From Vicugna vicugna (Eukaryota), in assembly GCA_013265495.1 (NCBI GenBank), contig MU058781.1, positions 5,769,050 to 5,833,049 of the forward strand: 64,000 nt of DNA. The letters are read 5' to 3'. Made by a program: the position numbers and the translations under genes. A model generated the notes under the pieces. That model was not told the DNA's origin. It searched no databases and saw nothing but the letters and a program-made list of their open reading frames with translations. Positions within the stretch are counted from its first letter, which is position 1, and the number at the start of each line of letters is the position of its first letter. This document shows, in pieces, positions 12,462-26,335 of the stretch.

Positions 12462-14517
12462 GTATTTTTTTGGCAACATAGTAAAATATCTCCTCGAAGA
12501 GCTGTGAAAGCTAAGGCATGTATTCCTCAATTGAGGCCGCCTAGTAATTGCTGGCACTACAAATTCAAATGCCATTGGGTTCATAAGGCTCCTTATAAAA
12601 ACAAACCACTTCATCACAACCTACTTGCTTGTTAAAATTTTTGAAGATTGCAAAATATTCAAGTCATCCACCCTGTGGCATGACCAACACAGGCCCAGAG
12701 TTAACAAGGGAACACCAGGATTCGTTCCCCACTTCCAAAATAGGACCTGAAGAAGTTTGTGCTCTAGAAGAAGAACTGCTGCATTTTGTTTAATGGAACT
12801 AAATCTGTGCCCATTTAAATCATGAGCAGGTGGCACTCGGCAGCAAAGAAAGCCCTGAAAATATTCCCATTTAGTGAATGCGGTTGTATGTATAATTAGC
12901 CGAGATTTATTTTAAAGTCCTCTAATTCTTTGTACTCTTTCTACAATGCAAAATGGTGAGGAACAGAGAGGAGATTCTGAATTTAGAATGAAAGCCCAGC
13001 CACCGTATTATCTGTTAAAAAATTTTAAAATGGGTGGCGAAGGCGTCAGAAAGTCTCTATTAATCTATCTATGTGGATCAGACCAAAGGAAAGGACTTGT
13101 GTTCCTTCAGAGGAGTTTGTGTTCGGGAGCAATGAGTTAACGGAACAGCAGCGTCTTGTAGGAGAGGAGATGGGTGTATGCCAGAGGTATACATTTTAGA
13201 TGCAAACAACTTTATCCCAACTTTTTTATGGAAAATTTCAAACCTGTACAAAAACCTCGGAACACTGGATATTCATCACCCAGCATTAGTAATAATCAAC
13301 TCATGGTCCATCTTGCGTCTTCAAGCAAATCCCCCCCAAATCATTTAATCCCTAAATGCTCCCCTAAATAATCCCAGTATGAAGCAGAGCATTTTTTAAG
13401 CTCCCTCATCTTCCTGAGGTCCTTAAGAAGTCGGATGCCCCAGGGCCAGGCTGTCAGACAGTGAGAGTCAGGCTGGAGCCCGGGCCTTCACACTTGATCT
13501 CAGTGATCCCACCTGCAAAGCCCCTCTATCTCTCTTGCCCTTCTAACCCCCTCCCCACGCCCTCACTGGACCCTGGACCGCAATAACACTAGCATGGGAA
13601 ACAAGCGTTACACTGGTTTGCAAATCAAGAAATCTCGCATTTCAGTTTCTGAACCTTAAGTGCCCCAACTACTAAGTAGGAATATGAAATTGCCACTATG
13701 AGACACAACGACTTGTGACATACTTGGAAAATTAGCGGACTTTCAACTTACAACAGCTGTTTTTAATGTGTTTGCACGGAGTTTGGGAAAAGTTGTTAGA
13801 AGCCGTGAAAGCTTAGAAAACGCCTGTGCAGGGAGGGCGCTCCTATGTTGAAGAGTTGGGGCGGGCGGGCACACATAATTATCATGCGGTTGTACCCCAA
13901 GAGTATTTCCATGACAAGTTTATTTATTTTTCACATGTAAATTAGAACCAACTATTTCAACATTTTGAAATGAAAGTTTGTTTCTATGAAAAACACATGT
14001 TTCATATAAGTTGACATTTCACAAAGAGGAAAGAGGCAGCCCCGACCCCCTCCCCCAACCCAAAAGGGGAGGGGAGGAAGGCTCCAACATCTTTCAGACA
14101 CAGAACAAGCAAGCCCGAGGAGCGAGAAAATTAAAAAGAAACCTTCGCTTTCTTTGTCAAGGCCTTGCCAAACCTTCAGCCGGAGGAGACTCAGAAGAGA
14201 ACACCAAACAATCCCAAGAAGGTGCCCAAGGCTGGAAACGCAATAATCGAATGCATGGTTTTGTGTAAGCGACTGAAATACCCAGCTCAACTGCACCCTT
14301 TTCCCTTCTCGAACACGCATAAAGGTCGTGCAGTTGAGGAAATAATGGGAGCGAGGTCACTGTAACCTTTAAGAAATACCATTCTAAGTCAACCTCAAAC
14401 CTTGAGATTAGACTTTAAATGCACTTGCTTTCAAAAGCCAAACCACAGGAGAGCTTGTCATTTTTAATATATGCTGGCAACAAACACATACCACGTGTAG
14501 CCTTACCATAAATCCAC

Positions 14518-14541
14518 AGAGAGAGAGAGAGAGAGAGAGAG
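14518..14541. repeat. (AG)12 microsatellite
   Basis: Directly visible. Confidence 0.95.
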
Positions 14542-14601
14542 GCAGAGGCCACGGGTCACAGAGAAGCAAGCAGGTGGGTCTGCGGAAACAGCCCACCCAC
14601 C

Positions 14602-15041
14602 CGTATGAGTGTCCTGGGGCTGCCATGCAAAGCACCACAGACTGGGGGCCTGAACAGAACTCTATGGTCTCACACGCTGGAGGCTAGATGCCCAAGATCA
14701 AGGTGTGAAGAAGGCTGGCTCCTTCCGGGAGCAGGGCAGGATCTGTTCCCATGCCTCCCTCTCTCCTAGCTTCTGGTACTTTGCAAACCATTTTGGGCAT
14801 TTATTGGCTTGTGACAGCGTAACTCCAGTCTTCATAAGGCATTCTCCCAGCATCTCTGTCTTGCTGTCCAAACTTCCTCTTTTTATAAGGACACTGGTCA
14901 TATTGGATTGGCGCCCATTATAAGGACCTCATCTCAGCTTGATCATGTGCAAAGACCTATTTCCAAATAAGGCCACACTCACAGATACTGTGGGTTAGGA
15001 CTTGAACATCTTTTCGGAGGGACACAGTTCAACACATACTA
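14602..15041 (-). mobile_element. MaLR solo LTR (MLT1A/B-like)
   Basis: ggggctgccatgcaaagcaccacagactggg...ctcacacgctggaggctaga...ttataaggacactggtcatattggatt...aaagacctatttccaaataaggccacactcacag...ggacacagttcaac. Confidence 0.85.
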
Positions 15042-15499
15042 CTACTTCATCCCCACTGAATTTCAGAGAGTTAAGTTGGGGAGGCTGAAGCACCTCCCAT
15101 GGAGGTTCCTGCTGTCCCACTGAATATGCCACCAGTGCCCTAGGCTGTCCACTGCTGCTCAGAGGGAACACTCAGGAATGGGCACGCCATAGGCCTATGG
15201 ACACATCTGGCTTTATCATGATATCGTGGCCCCTTCCACCGCCTTCCCTCCTGCACCCATTCTCAGCTTTGGCCACATGGCTCCCACGCAATCTGCATGT
15301 CGGCCTGGCCCCTTTCAACCTCAGGATAGGAGAGACGGCCATCAGAGCCTTCTGCCAACTTTGCATCCTCTTCTATTGCACACCCCCTTTTATCTCTTGC
15401 ACATTCGGGGCAAACCGAGAGGTATCTTAGAAAAGGGAACCAGAATATATGTTTGATTTATTTCAATAGTCAGTATAATTAGTAGGTCACAAGATAAAC

Positions 15500-15740
15500 C
15501 ATGATGGTTATTGTGGAACATGCTCTTTGGCAGTTTCAGAAGTGCTTTTCAAGTGTGACAGTTGCAGAATATAATTATTCAACAACCCTAATGGATACCA
15601 ACAACATCATTATTCCCAATTTATGGAGAAGGAAAATTAAGCTCAAAAAGGTTAAGTAATTCCGTAATGGACACACCGCCAGTAAATCAGAGCCAAAATA
15701 TGGACTCACCTCTTCTGATGTCAAGTTCTGTAATTTTATA
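15500..15740 (-). mobile_element. MIR SINE
   Basis: caacaaccctaatgg...attcccaatttatggagaaggaaaattaagctcaaaaaggttaagtaat. Confidence 0.65.
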
Positions 15741-18329
15741 TGATATATAACATGGCATAGTCTACATTAAATTGTCAAGAAGGACTGAAATGTTTTTTGA
15801 CTGTAAGCAATATGGTAGCAATCACAAAGCCTTATGTTTATATTCCATGTTTTAAAATGTTTTTCAAAATATTTCAGTGTTGGGTTTCATTTATCTTTAT
15901 GAAAACCAGGCACATTCTTCTTGGGCCCATTTTACAGACAATAAATGAAGGTAGAGGTTATGTCATTTGTCTAAATGAACCAATGAGCTGACAGTGGAGC
16001 TGGAGGAAGCATCACTGCATTCTAACTCAAAAATTGGTGTGACTTTACAAAGAGGAAAATGCAATACAACTTCCTTGGAAAGGAAACGTCTGGGAAGAAA
16101 ATAATGGCAATGAAGGATAAAAAGAAGAGACCTGGACACTTTTCCATGCATCTTACTGCAGGCAGAAGCACACACGCATGTGTTGTGGAGGCTAGGATGG
16201 ATCCCTGTGCCACCAGAGAGGCCATTCCAGATGCAATCTCCCTTAGAGTGAGTGCAAGGCTACTCCAGGCAAGTCACACAAGGCCTGTGACTGGTACAGG
16301 AGGAGATACATTCTTTCTAGTTCATTAAAGGCCCCAAGATTCCCTTTGGTTTCTTACAACCTGAATTCATGAGAGAATGCTTCCAGAAGACAGTGGAATT
16401 TGAGTTAATTCTAGAATAATAAACAGCTTTAGAAAAGAGAGGTAACAAATATGTGACCCAGTATGGTCACCAGACCATTGTGGCTGGAGGTGCGTGTGAG
16501 GGCGGGGGTGCAGCAGTGGGACACCTGGTGGGAAAGAAAAGTGGAGACTATATTAAGAAGGACCCACAGGCCTGTAGGAGTAATTGAGATGATTCTCTCA
16601 AACTCTGAAGGGGTTTCAAAAGGTCTACAGCAGGGGAATGATCTCATCACAGGTACTTGTCTACTGCCTCTAAGTGAGGGACTCTCAAAGCCACAAGTCT
16701 AGCGAGCCCTGACTCCTCTTCCAAGAGCCAGATGTGTTTCTCAGAGCACCTGCTGGGCATCTCTCGATGTGTCCTGCTGGTACTTCCAACTGGGCGTATT
16801 ACATCTCTACAGCCCCTTCCAGATCTAAAGGTCTGGGATTCTAGTTAAAATTGACACTTCCCTTGGGAGACTGCAAATAAATGAAAAACAGAGAAGTCAT
16901 AGTCAAGAGGCAGAGCGAAAAGAGCAACGTCTTTCAATTGGGGGGGGGGTCTGTGTTAGTCATCATCCCTCTCTGCTAAGCCCTGGCTCTTAACTACAAA
17001 CCGCATCTGAGCGGGTATGAGAAGGCGCCATGTGCACCTTCGGCGGGGGTACTGAGGGGGTGGGACTAAAGCTTTCTCCAAGGACACATGCTTCTGATGA
17101 CAAGTCCGAATGGCTTTCCTGCCACTCAGAGCTGCTCTGTTGTACCTGGAGAGGCTGGCTCTACAAACAACAATTAAAGTATAGAGTAAGAATCCCTCAT
17201 TGCTAAATTTTGTCAGCGTCCCATGCTTCTAGACCCCAGGCAGCTCCTGCTCATCACTAACTGACTCAACGCTATTTCTAAGAGCAAGTAGCCCCTGATT
17301 TCCTGTGAGGCTATGTGCTAGGGGGTCTCCCCCAAGGACAGGTGAAGAACCCCCAAGGTGCCCCTTTCCTAGGAGCAGATGTGTTCCCCCTTAAACTTTC
17401 CCTCTGCTGCTGCGAAACAAAATTGTGAAAACATTACTTAAGAGCAGACGTGGCGCATGAATTCACACAGCGTGTTTTGAACAAGGTGCAGTTTACAAGG
17501 CAGAGACATCTCGCTTCTCTTTTCTGGACACAGCTTCCGAAAGCAAAAATTTAGAGTGTGGGTGGGGTGCCACTCCATACTCTGAATTCATAAGATACCC
17601 ACCTCCGTGGGCTCCCCATCCAACCTTCACCTCGGCTGTGACAGAAACCACTGTTTTCCACTGTCCAGTCTTGGCCGGAGGATTCTGGGGTAGTGTCACC
17701 TTTCTGTCCCTGCACCTGCGGGTCCACACCAGTGCTGCTCACCTCCTGCTTTTCCACATCTGTCTGACTTTCACTCACACTCAGCCCAGCACCTGGGTCA
17801 CCAACTGGATTCTCACTGAGCGTAATCTGACCTGGGCTTGTCCGCCTAAGGCTGTCGCTGCTCCGTGCGTTCCAGACCATGTAACACTACCTCATTAAAG
17901 CCACACAGAGCAAGATGGCTTCGACTTCAGGAACGCACATAAGACCATGACTGACAGGTCTCTTCAGAGACATTATTCAGATTCCACTTTCTTTCAGGCC
18001 ATCGACATCCAGGGCCCGTGCTTTTTGGCCAATTGGCAATGCCAAGACACACAGTGAAGAAAACTCTGGTTTGGATCTGACAAGAGACCTGACCCTACTG
18101 ACTCACATTACCGCGGCCAAGCATACATTCCCAACATTGTACAACTCGAAGGCTATATTGAAGGACTTATTAAACATCCATAATAAAACCCGTGATACTC
18201 CATTTTTTTTCCTTATAGATAAAGCCTGTGACCCCCGAACTCTCTAAGGTCTGTCTGACTCCCCTTCCTGTTCAGGAGACTCTCTGCATCTCCCTGGTCC
18301 TCCCTGGCCTCCCAGGTGAGGGCAGGTGC

Positions 18330-18546
18330 CAGATGCCCCCACCACATCCTGTATCTCCTCCTCACACTGCGTATCACAACGGATTGTAACTGACTAGTTA
18401 CTTTTTAAGCTACTGTGTTAAAATAAAATAACTAACGTAGCGCTGTGGGTAGGGACTGTTTGCCTTTTGTCTTACTTCAGTGCGTTCAGTCCTTAGCACC
18501 TTACTTGGCACACAGTGGAATCTCAAAGAATACTGTTTGACTGATG
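18330..18546 (+). mobile_element. L2 3' end fragment
   Basis: gggtagggactgtttgcc...ccttagcaccttacttggcacacagtgg...tgtttgactga. Confidence 0.55.
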
Positions 18547-21319
18547 GATAATACAATCCATGCTTCTGCATAACTGCTATTTATTTATCAAGTCCACAAT
18601 AGTTACAGTTACCTGTTACTCCATCCAGCATGAGTTGTGGCCCTCAATGGCCTGTGGCCGCAGTGACTGCTTGTGGCCACCTGAATTAGGAGGGTATCAT
18701 CACCCCAAAATGAGACAGTCAGCTGGCTCTGCTCGAAGTCAATCAGGAGCTAAAAGTTTATAGAGCTTTCTCCTTCGAGAGAGCCAGGAGGCTTGAAAGA
18801 ATCTTAAAACAAGGAAAGCTTTGAAAGAGAGTATGGGCGAAACCTACAGCACTTAGGGCTGGGAACAATTATCCCTGTGCACATAAACTGTTTTTGGAGG
18901 GAGGGAGTATTCCCCTGAGTGGCAATTTTCACGCAGTTCTAGGCTGGCCCCCTTTAAATAAGAAGATATCTTTTATGAGACAGATGATTGCACAATAAAT
19001 TATAAACAGGTTAGGGTAAGTTTATGCCACAACACACATTTATGATAATTTAATCGAGGGTCAAAAATAATTGGGGGGGGATGATTGAAGCCACAGGAGA
19101 ATAATCTATGGATGGTAAAACAAACGAATCATCAAAAAGATGATCCTGGGAAAACAACAGCTTCTGTTGAAGTCCACCAAGTCATTTTTCCTGAAAACCT
19201 ACTATGTGCTCAGCACTACGCAGGATCTGTGGGGAATATGGAAGGAATCACTGTCATAGTCCAGAGCCCATCTTCTCCCGCTGGCCTCTAAACCCACCCC
19301 ACTGACACTGCTGCTGTGTTTCCGAAATGCAAATGTCATGGAGTCCCACGTTTTCGGCCACCACCATCATAACCACAATCCAACAGGACAAACAGGACCC
19401 TACTCCATCTCAAGGCTGCCAGCCTCTCCTGTCTTGCTGCTCACAACTCTCCATCCATAACCTGGGGCTCAGCCACACTCTCTCACTCACACTTTCCTGA
19501 GTTTAAGACTCCTTGACTCCTTCAGGCTGTGCCTTTGAAAACGCTGTCCTTTTCTACCTAGACGCTCTTTCCTGGAACATCTAGCCTGCCTAGTCTTCAT
19601 AACTGATCTTTCTGAGAACTCCTTCCTATCAACACCCCTTCCGCCTCAGTCCTGAGGTGTTAACTCTTTACGAATTTCCCCAGGACTCTCTGGACATCAG
19701 GGTCATGGCACTGGACACACAGAATAGCCCCTCCCTTCCCTCCGCCCCTGGTCCCCCTGCTCCATCTCTGAGCTGAGCCACTGCCCACTCCCAGCCCCTA
19801 TCCTGTGCGAGGTGCTTTGGGTGCAACATCTCTTAATAAACCCGCAATAAAACCCTTGAATTGTAGGTATGACTGGCCGATGAGAAACCAAGATCAGAGA
19901 GGCTCACACAGCCGGCAAGTGGCAGAGTCACATGCTTCTGCTCCAAGCCCTTGTTCTTTCCTCAACACACCACCCGACAAGCAGGCGTGAAGCCTCGCCT
20001 GAGATGCCCGTGCAGAGCCCAGAGGTTCTCACGATATAACAGTCACGTGTGGGGTTTTGACACGAGGCCCACAGGAGCAAGCCCGGGGTGTGCCTGTCCG
20101 AAATCAACCAGAGGGGCACCCCCGGAGCTTCTTCTCTGCTGCACGTCATAGAGGCGACTCTGCAGCGAGCCCCAAACACTGCCCATCAGCTTTTTTAATT
20201 TATGGAGTCAGTCTAAACTTCCTTTGTTTTTAGCACAACTGCACCAACTCTGCATCAAAGCCGCAATTGTTACTGTCTTTCGTTTTGTTTTCTAGCTTTG
20301 CTAATGTAAGGGACAGCCTGTCCTTCTATTCTTCACTACTCGAGCGGTGTCAGGTTCCGGGTTAGCACATAAAATACCTCTCTGGTTTCTTTGCAAAAGA
20401 TCAAAACACTTTTATTTAATGGCAACATCAAAAAGAACCAACATGTAAACATGTTCCAACAGGCATTCTTTTTCCCTACAGTGATTTCTCAATATTTGGA
20501 ACCATTTACCAGTCTGTTTTGCTTACAAATGGTAAAATAGTTCACTATTTCTTTTAAGTCTTTTCTGAGACTTTTTGTCACATTTGCTGACAATTAGTAC
20601 TCGGTGCCTTTCTTTAGATAATAATACTTTGGGGGGAAAAAAACTACCCTAGAAATATTTTGGTTTATCATATGGCTTGATTTGGGGGCACAGCCAGGAA
20701 GGTGGCATATATTTTTCACCTCTTCTTTCTTTCTGTCTGTTCTCCCTTCCCTTTTTTTCTCTTCTCCTTTAGCCTTTACTTAATCTTCATGGTGCTACCT
20801 CTTCCTATAGCTTCTTAGTCTTTTCACTTGATTGATTGGCAAAAGAAACATAGCATGAGATTCGAGTATAATTGCTGCCTTCTTCCTTTAGACTATGAAC
20901 TTCCCACTCAAACTCCTGTCCATGCTGGTGGGGAGAATCAGCCTACTGTTTTATCCCCGCAGGAGAACTGGCTGGCCAAGCCTTATCCCTCTGCAGCCAA
21001 GTGAGCCACTCCCAGCATTGCAGAAAGGCTTTTTGCTTGTGAGAAAGCCCTGAAAATGCCCAATGAACATGAAACATGTCCAACCCCAAAGGCAGCCTCA
21101 CTGATAACGGGGTAACACGAGAAGCATCTGTAAAAGTGAGGAACCATGCAAGGCTGTCCAACAGCATCGCTGTTACTTACCGCTGTTCTGGTGAAAGGAA
21201 CCAATTTAATTATACTAAGGAAAGAAAGAAGGGGTCAAAAAATTGGGAAAGAGGCAGTAAAATGATCATTGTCTGCATACGCCGTGACTGCAAGTCTGAG
21301 CGAATCTCCTGAACCACCA

Positions 21320-23340
21320 TTATAGACAATTAGAGAATTCTGTAAGGTAATTAACAAAAATATGTGCAAAAGTCACTAGCCTCCCTAAGTGACAAGTAAG
21401 AAGATATATCATTTTTTAAAATACCAATAAAATATAAAATGCCTAGAGATAAACCTGATGAGAAACGTGGAAGATCTATGCAAAGAAAAAACTTCCAAAC
21501 TACAGAGGGACAGACCAGGTACGTTAACTGGAAAGTCTAGTCCTCAAAGAGGAAATCACTAATTCTTCCCAAAGTCACTGATAAACGTGATGTGATGTCC
21601 AAAAACACCACGAGAAAGCTAACGCTATTAAAGTAAGTAAATAAATAAATAAAGGGGGAAAAAAGCTGCCTCTAAAGTTCAAATGGAAAAAAAAAAATAG
21701 AAAGGAACAGCCATTTAAAAAAAATGCAACAGGAAATAAGGAAAGACCAGCATACCAGATATTTAAGATATTATAATGCTCCGGACATTAAATCAGTATG
21801 CACTGATAAACGAGTAAGAAGCAAGATCAACAGAAAAGGAATAGACCCAAATCCACACTGGAGTTCAGTGTATGACAAAGTTGGCAGAGCATTTTAGTGG
21901 GAGAAAGACTGACTTTCAATAACTGGATGGCTCCCTGGACAAAATAAAGTCAGATTCCTAGTTCATGTTCTATGCTAAAATAAACTCCAGAGCGACCAAG
22001 GATTTAAAGTAAAAAATGAAAGTGTAAAAATATCAGGATAAACCTGAAGCTACGTAGAAGAAACGAGTCACATGAGACCACATTTAGAATTGGTGAATCT
22101 ACAGAGAAGGAAAGGAGATGAGTGGTTACCAGGGGCTAGGGGTGGAGGAAACGGGGAGTGACTGCTTAATGGGTATAAGGTTTCTTTTGCGGGGTGATGA
22201 CAATGTTCTGAAATTAGATTGCGGTGACGGTTGTACAGTTCTGTAAATAGACTAAAACCACCAAATTGTGCACATGAAAACGGTGAATTTTATGGTATGT
22301 AAATTACATCTCAATAAAGCTAAGATTTTTAAAGTACGATCGAAAAATATGAGACAACTTTGAAAACAAAATGTTTGAGCGGACAAGGCCTAAGTACGTC
22401 AAAAGATTAGAAGCCAAAAAAATAAAAGTCTGAATAAGACTTCATAATTCTAAAAACAAATCCTGCAAGAAAGAAATATAAGAAGCCAAAAAATAAACGG
22501 AAAAATAAAAAGAGAGACAAAAAAGACTGATTTTTTTTTAGTTACTTTGTGCTCATTAAAAAATGAATTATCTGGAAAAGACCAGAAATCCAGTAAAAAA
22601 ATGGGCAAAGAAAGTCACTACACATTTCTCAGAAAATAGGAATGGCTCTTAAACATATGAAAAGATATTCAATCATCACTATAATAAGCAAAACTCGTAT
22701 TAAAGCTACTGAAAAACAGTAGTTTGCACCCCTTAGATTGGCAAAGATCAAGTTTAATAACACTGCGGAGAAAAGGCGCAGTCACATGGTGCCGGGGGGA
22801 GCATACGTTAGTACAAATGCCAAATCGGAGGGCAATTTGGCAAGGGTTACCAAAATTAAAACTGCACATTCCTTCTGATCCAACACTGTAGCAATCTCTC
22901 CTCCCAAGTTCCTCGCTGACTTATAAAATGCTATTTATAGAAAGCAATTCGCTGAAGCATTGTGCAGTGTATAAAATGATTGGAAACAAGCAAAAGTCCA
23001 CCCGTGTGGGGCTGAATAAGTTATGGCAAAACCATACAATGGAATACTCGTTAGGTACTCAAAAGTAGGACGGCCCACTATGTTCTGACAAGAAAGGTTT
23101 TCCAGACTACATGGTTGGGTGAAAAAGGTACAACTCTGAAGAGTGTGTATGGTATAAACATTATGCTAAAAAAAAAAAGCATAGTTTTGCTCCTATAGTT
23201 ATAAAATATTCCTAAACAGACCCACAAGCAAATGGAGCTTGCCTCTAGGAATGAATCTGGGTGACTTGAAACAGAAATAAAGAGAGAGGCTTATTTTCCT
23301 TTGTACATCTTTTTGCACCCTTTTGTACTTTGATTTAAAA
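21320..23340 (+). mobile_element. Degenerate old L1 (L1ME-like) ORF2/3'UTR, interrupted by a younger L1 3' end
   Basis: A-rich L1 landmarks: aaaatataaaatgcctagagataaacc, aaaaatgggcaaag, aaacatatgaaaagatattcaatc, ggagggcaatttggcaa, ccatacaatggaatact. Confidence 0.7.
22055..22322 (+). mobile_element. L1MB7/8-like 3' end nested in older L1
   Basis: gtggttaccaggggctagggg...gggtgatgacaatgttctgaaattaga...ggtgaattttatggtatgtaaattacatctcaataaagct. Confidence 0.8.
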
Positions 23341-24799
23341 CAAACCAGTTAATTCTTTTAGTTAAAAGAAACAGAAACAAATATGACAGGGAAAACTGAA
23401 ATACAAAATGACAAAATATGTGGTCTAATGCTGGAGAGCTCATTCGGTTATTTGTGATGAAGGTATATTTAAGAAAGAAATTAATAACTTACAAAAAAAT
23501 CCCTCACAAGGGATCAACCAGGCGACTGAGTCAACTTCGGCAAAACGGATTCATTCAGCCATGCTTCCTATACATGGGCCTTTGGTACGACTCCACCTCC
23601 AACACACTCCCCTCGGAGTGGGTAGGGCTGCCTCCAAGACCAAGTGGATAATTCAGGCTTTGTAATTCACTTAAATTTGGCCTCTGCTGCAGCTGGAGAC
23701 GTGCCAACTAGACAGGCTCGTTTAAATTCATTCTCAGAGAAAAAGACCAATTTTGCCTATCTGTATTTACTGGATTGTTAGGTCTCCCACTGGCCATCAG
23801 TTGAATTTAGCACAATATAGCTGTAAAAACGTCCTGACAAACTCTACAGTGAATTCATCAGACATTCCCTTATGTGCTTGTTCTAAGCGGGCTGGAGTGG
23901 AGGAGGCCTAAGGACTAAAGAGTGGAGGCTTATGGGCACCGCCCGGCTCCTCTCCGCCTCCCCTTTGAAGGAGTCCTGGGGGCTCAGGCAGGACAGACTG
24001 GTCCGTGGTGATGGATCAGTAAAAGTACAGGATCCTGGGCTCAAACAAAACTTTTCATCTTAACCTTCTCACAGAGATGACAGCACATCTATACGGTTTT
24101 AACCTCTCCCGTTAAGCAGAACTTTTTGGATGCCCTTGAAAACACACATCTATCATCGCAAAAGAGCTGGCAAGGCTTCCTTTCCCCCCTTATGACCTTC
24201 CTAAACCATTACCATCAATCTTCCATGGTCCACCTGATAGGATGGAGGGCAGGGGTGGTTGAAATTCACAGGTTAATCCCCAACTTTAGTTCAGTCAAAG
24301 ATGTCAATGTCCTCTTTCACAGATGAGAAAATAACACCTTTCAGGCCCTCTTCTCCTCTGTTCACAGAGGCGAGAATGGGCGTGAGCCACGAGCGTGGCT
24401 TGTTCACAGCTTAGAGAAACTGTTGAAGAAATAAAATCAAAAGAATTTTAAGAAACACCCTGCAAAACTCTGCCTTCCCACCCAGCTGGACTTCAGAAAA
24501 ATTCCTCTGAATTCTTGAGGCCTCAGTTATCCGGCATGTGGTACCTCTGACATTAAGAGCTCAGAGCCACCGTACGTCTAAGACAGCAGGACGGTGGTGA
24601 TGCACAAAACTGAAGGGGAAAGGAGAGAGGTGAAGAGTTCACGTCCAGGTCCCCTGAAATTCTCAAACAGCAAGAGGAATAAATAAATGTTCTTCCATAA
24701 ACGGTGGGAGTCACGGTAAATTCTGGAAATGGGAAAAGTTCAGAATAAGTCCCAGGGGAAATGTGCCAGCACATCTGCGAGAGAAGCAATGAAGACCCG

Positions 24800-25210
24800 T
24801 CTCAAACTAAAGGGTGAGAACTGAATCAGGACCAATGCACTGGTTTGGGGGACCTCTGAGCAAGCGGGGATCACCCAGCATTGGTGCCTGGAAAGGACTG
24901 CATGACACTCAGCTATTGAGAAGGCACAGTGAAACATAAAAACCATGAGACCTGGGCTGGGTAGGGAGACAGCAAAGCCTGAAGGAGGCTGAAAGAGTGA
25001 GGGGGATGACTGGGTGCAGCGGAAGGGAGGGAGAGCAGGGGGCCAGGAGGCTGCGACCAGAGAGGGGACTGGCAGAGTCTGAGATTTCAAATTCTGGAAA
25101 GCTCCAATGGATGTTGGTTCAAATTGATACATGGGTCGTAGGTGTAGCGGTATTTGCAGGTGGCTGACATGAAGGAGAGAGGAAGTCTTAAAGTGAGGAG
25201 ACAGAAACGG
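24800..25210 (-). mobile_element. L2 remnant
   Basis: ggaggctgcgaccagag...ggatgttggttc...tggctgacatgaaggagagaggaagtc, an L2 antisense pattern. Confidence 0.45.
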
Positions 25211-25839
25211 GAGGGCAAGAGTTGGAAGAGTCAGGCTGAACTGCCCCCCCACCCCCAGCTAGCACCCAGCTTCCATGATGCCCTCACTCAAACACACAGG
25301 GAACATCCCACAATCATTTTGTCAGGGGAATACAGATGCTCCAGGTCCAAGGGCCTGCGACGAAGAGTCTTTGAACTATATTCCTTACTTTTCATGACCC
25401 AATCAGAGAAGGGCTCATATGAAAGAGAATTCCCAGAGAGATGGCCTGAGTTATCAAATATATCATGAGGGAGGCAACAGGGAGCACCATGACTAAGAGT
25501 AAAATAGATATGGGCCCAGATCCCAGCTCCTCCGGCTGCCCAGCTGAACGGCTTCAGGCTCGACAGAGCCCCTTTAAACCTCAGCTGTCACACCTGTAAA
25601 GCGAGCGCTCTCTGAGAAACACCGTGACACACACAGGATGCTCAGGAGAGAGGCTGATGGTTCACGATGAGTAAAAGTGAACTGATGTCCTTACTCCTCT
25701 GCAACTCCATACTCAAGTAAATTATTTTTAGGAGAGTGAGATGGGTAAGAATAGAGAAGAAACAGCAGTGAAGCAAACAAACGTACAAAGGGAGAAAAAA
25801 TCATTCACTATCTTAATTTATAACTGCTTAAAAATCCGC

Positions 25840-26335
25840 TACCCAGAGCAATGAAAACACGTCCAGACAAAAGCTTGCTCAGGAACATTCACAGCAGCAT
25901 TAGTCATCGTGGCCAAAAAGCGGAAACAACTCAAGTGACCATCAACTCATGGGTGGATAAACAAAATGCGGTCTAACCATACAATGGAGTATCATTATCA
26001 TAACAAGGACTGAGCACTGATAATGAACTACAATGTGGCCGGACCTTGAAGACAACGATCCGCCAAGTGAAAGAAGCCAGGCACGGAAGTCCACGCATCG
26101 TGTGATTCCATTTATATGAAATGTCTAGAAGAGTCAAAGCTGTATGTAAAGCAAACAGACTTGTGCTTTCCAGGAGCTGGGGGTGAAGGACTGGAGGAAA
26201 ATGGGAACTGACTGCTAATGGGTGCAGGGTTTCTTTGGGGGGTGATGAAAATGTTCTAAAATGGACTGTGGTCAGACAGTTGCACAATTCTATGAATATA
26301 GTAAAAAGCACTGATTGTACTTTTTTTAAGAAAAG
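25840..26335 (+). mobile_element. L1MB7/8-like 3' end
   Basis: acccagagcaatgaaaacacgtcc...ggaaacaactcaagtgaccatcaac...tgattccatttatatgaaatgtc...ggggtgatgaaaatgttctaaaat. Confidence 0.85.

Noticed and set aside
12102..12617. 171-aa minus-strand ORF with a long K/R run
   Set aside because: The basic run is simply the translated (GAA)/(GAAGAG) microsatellite; no recognisable protein homology
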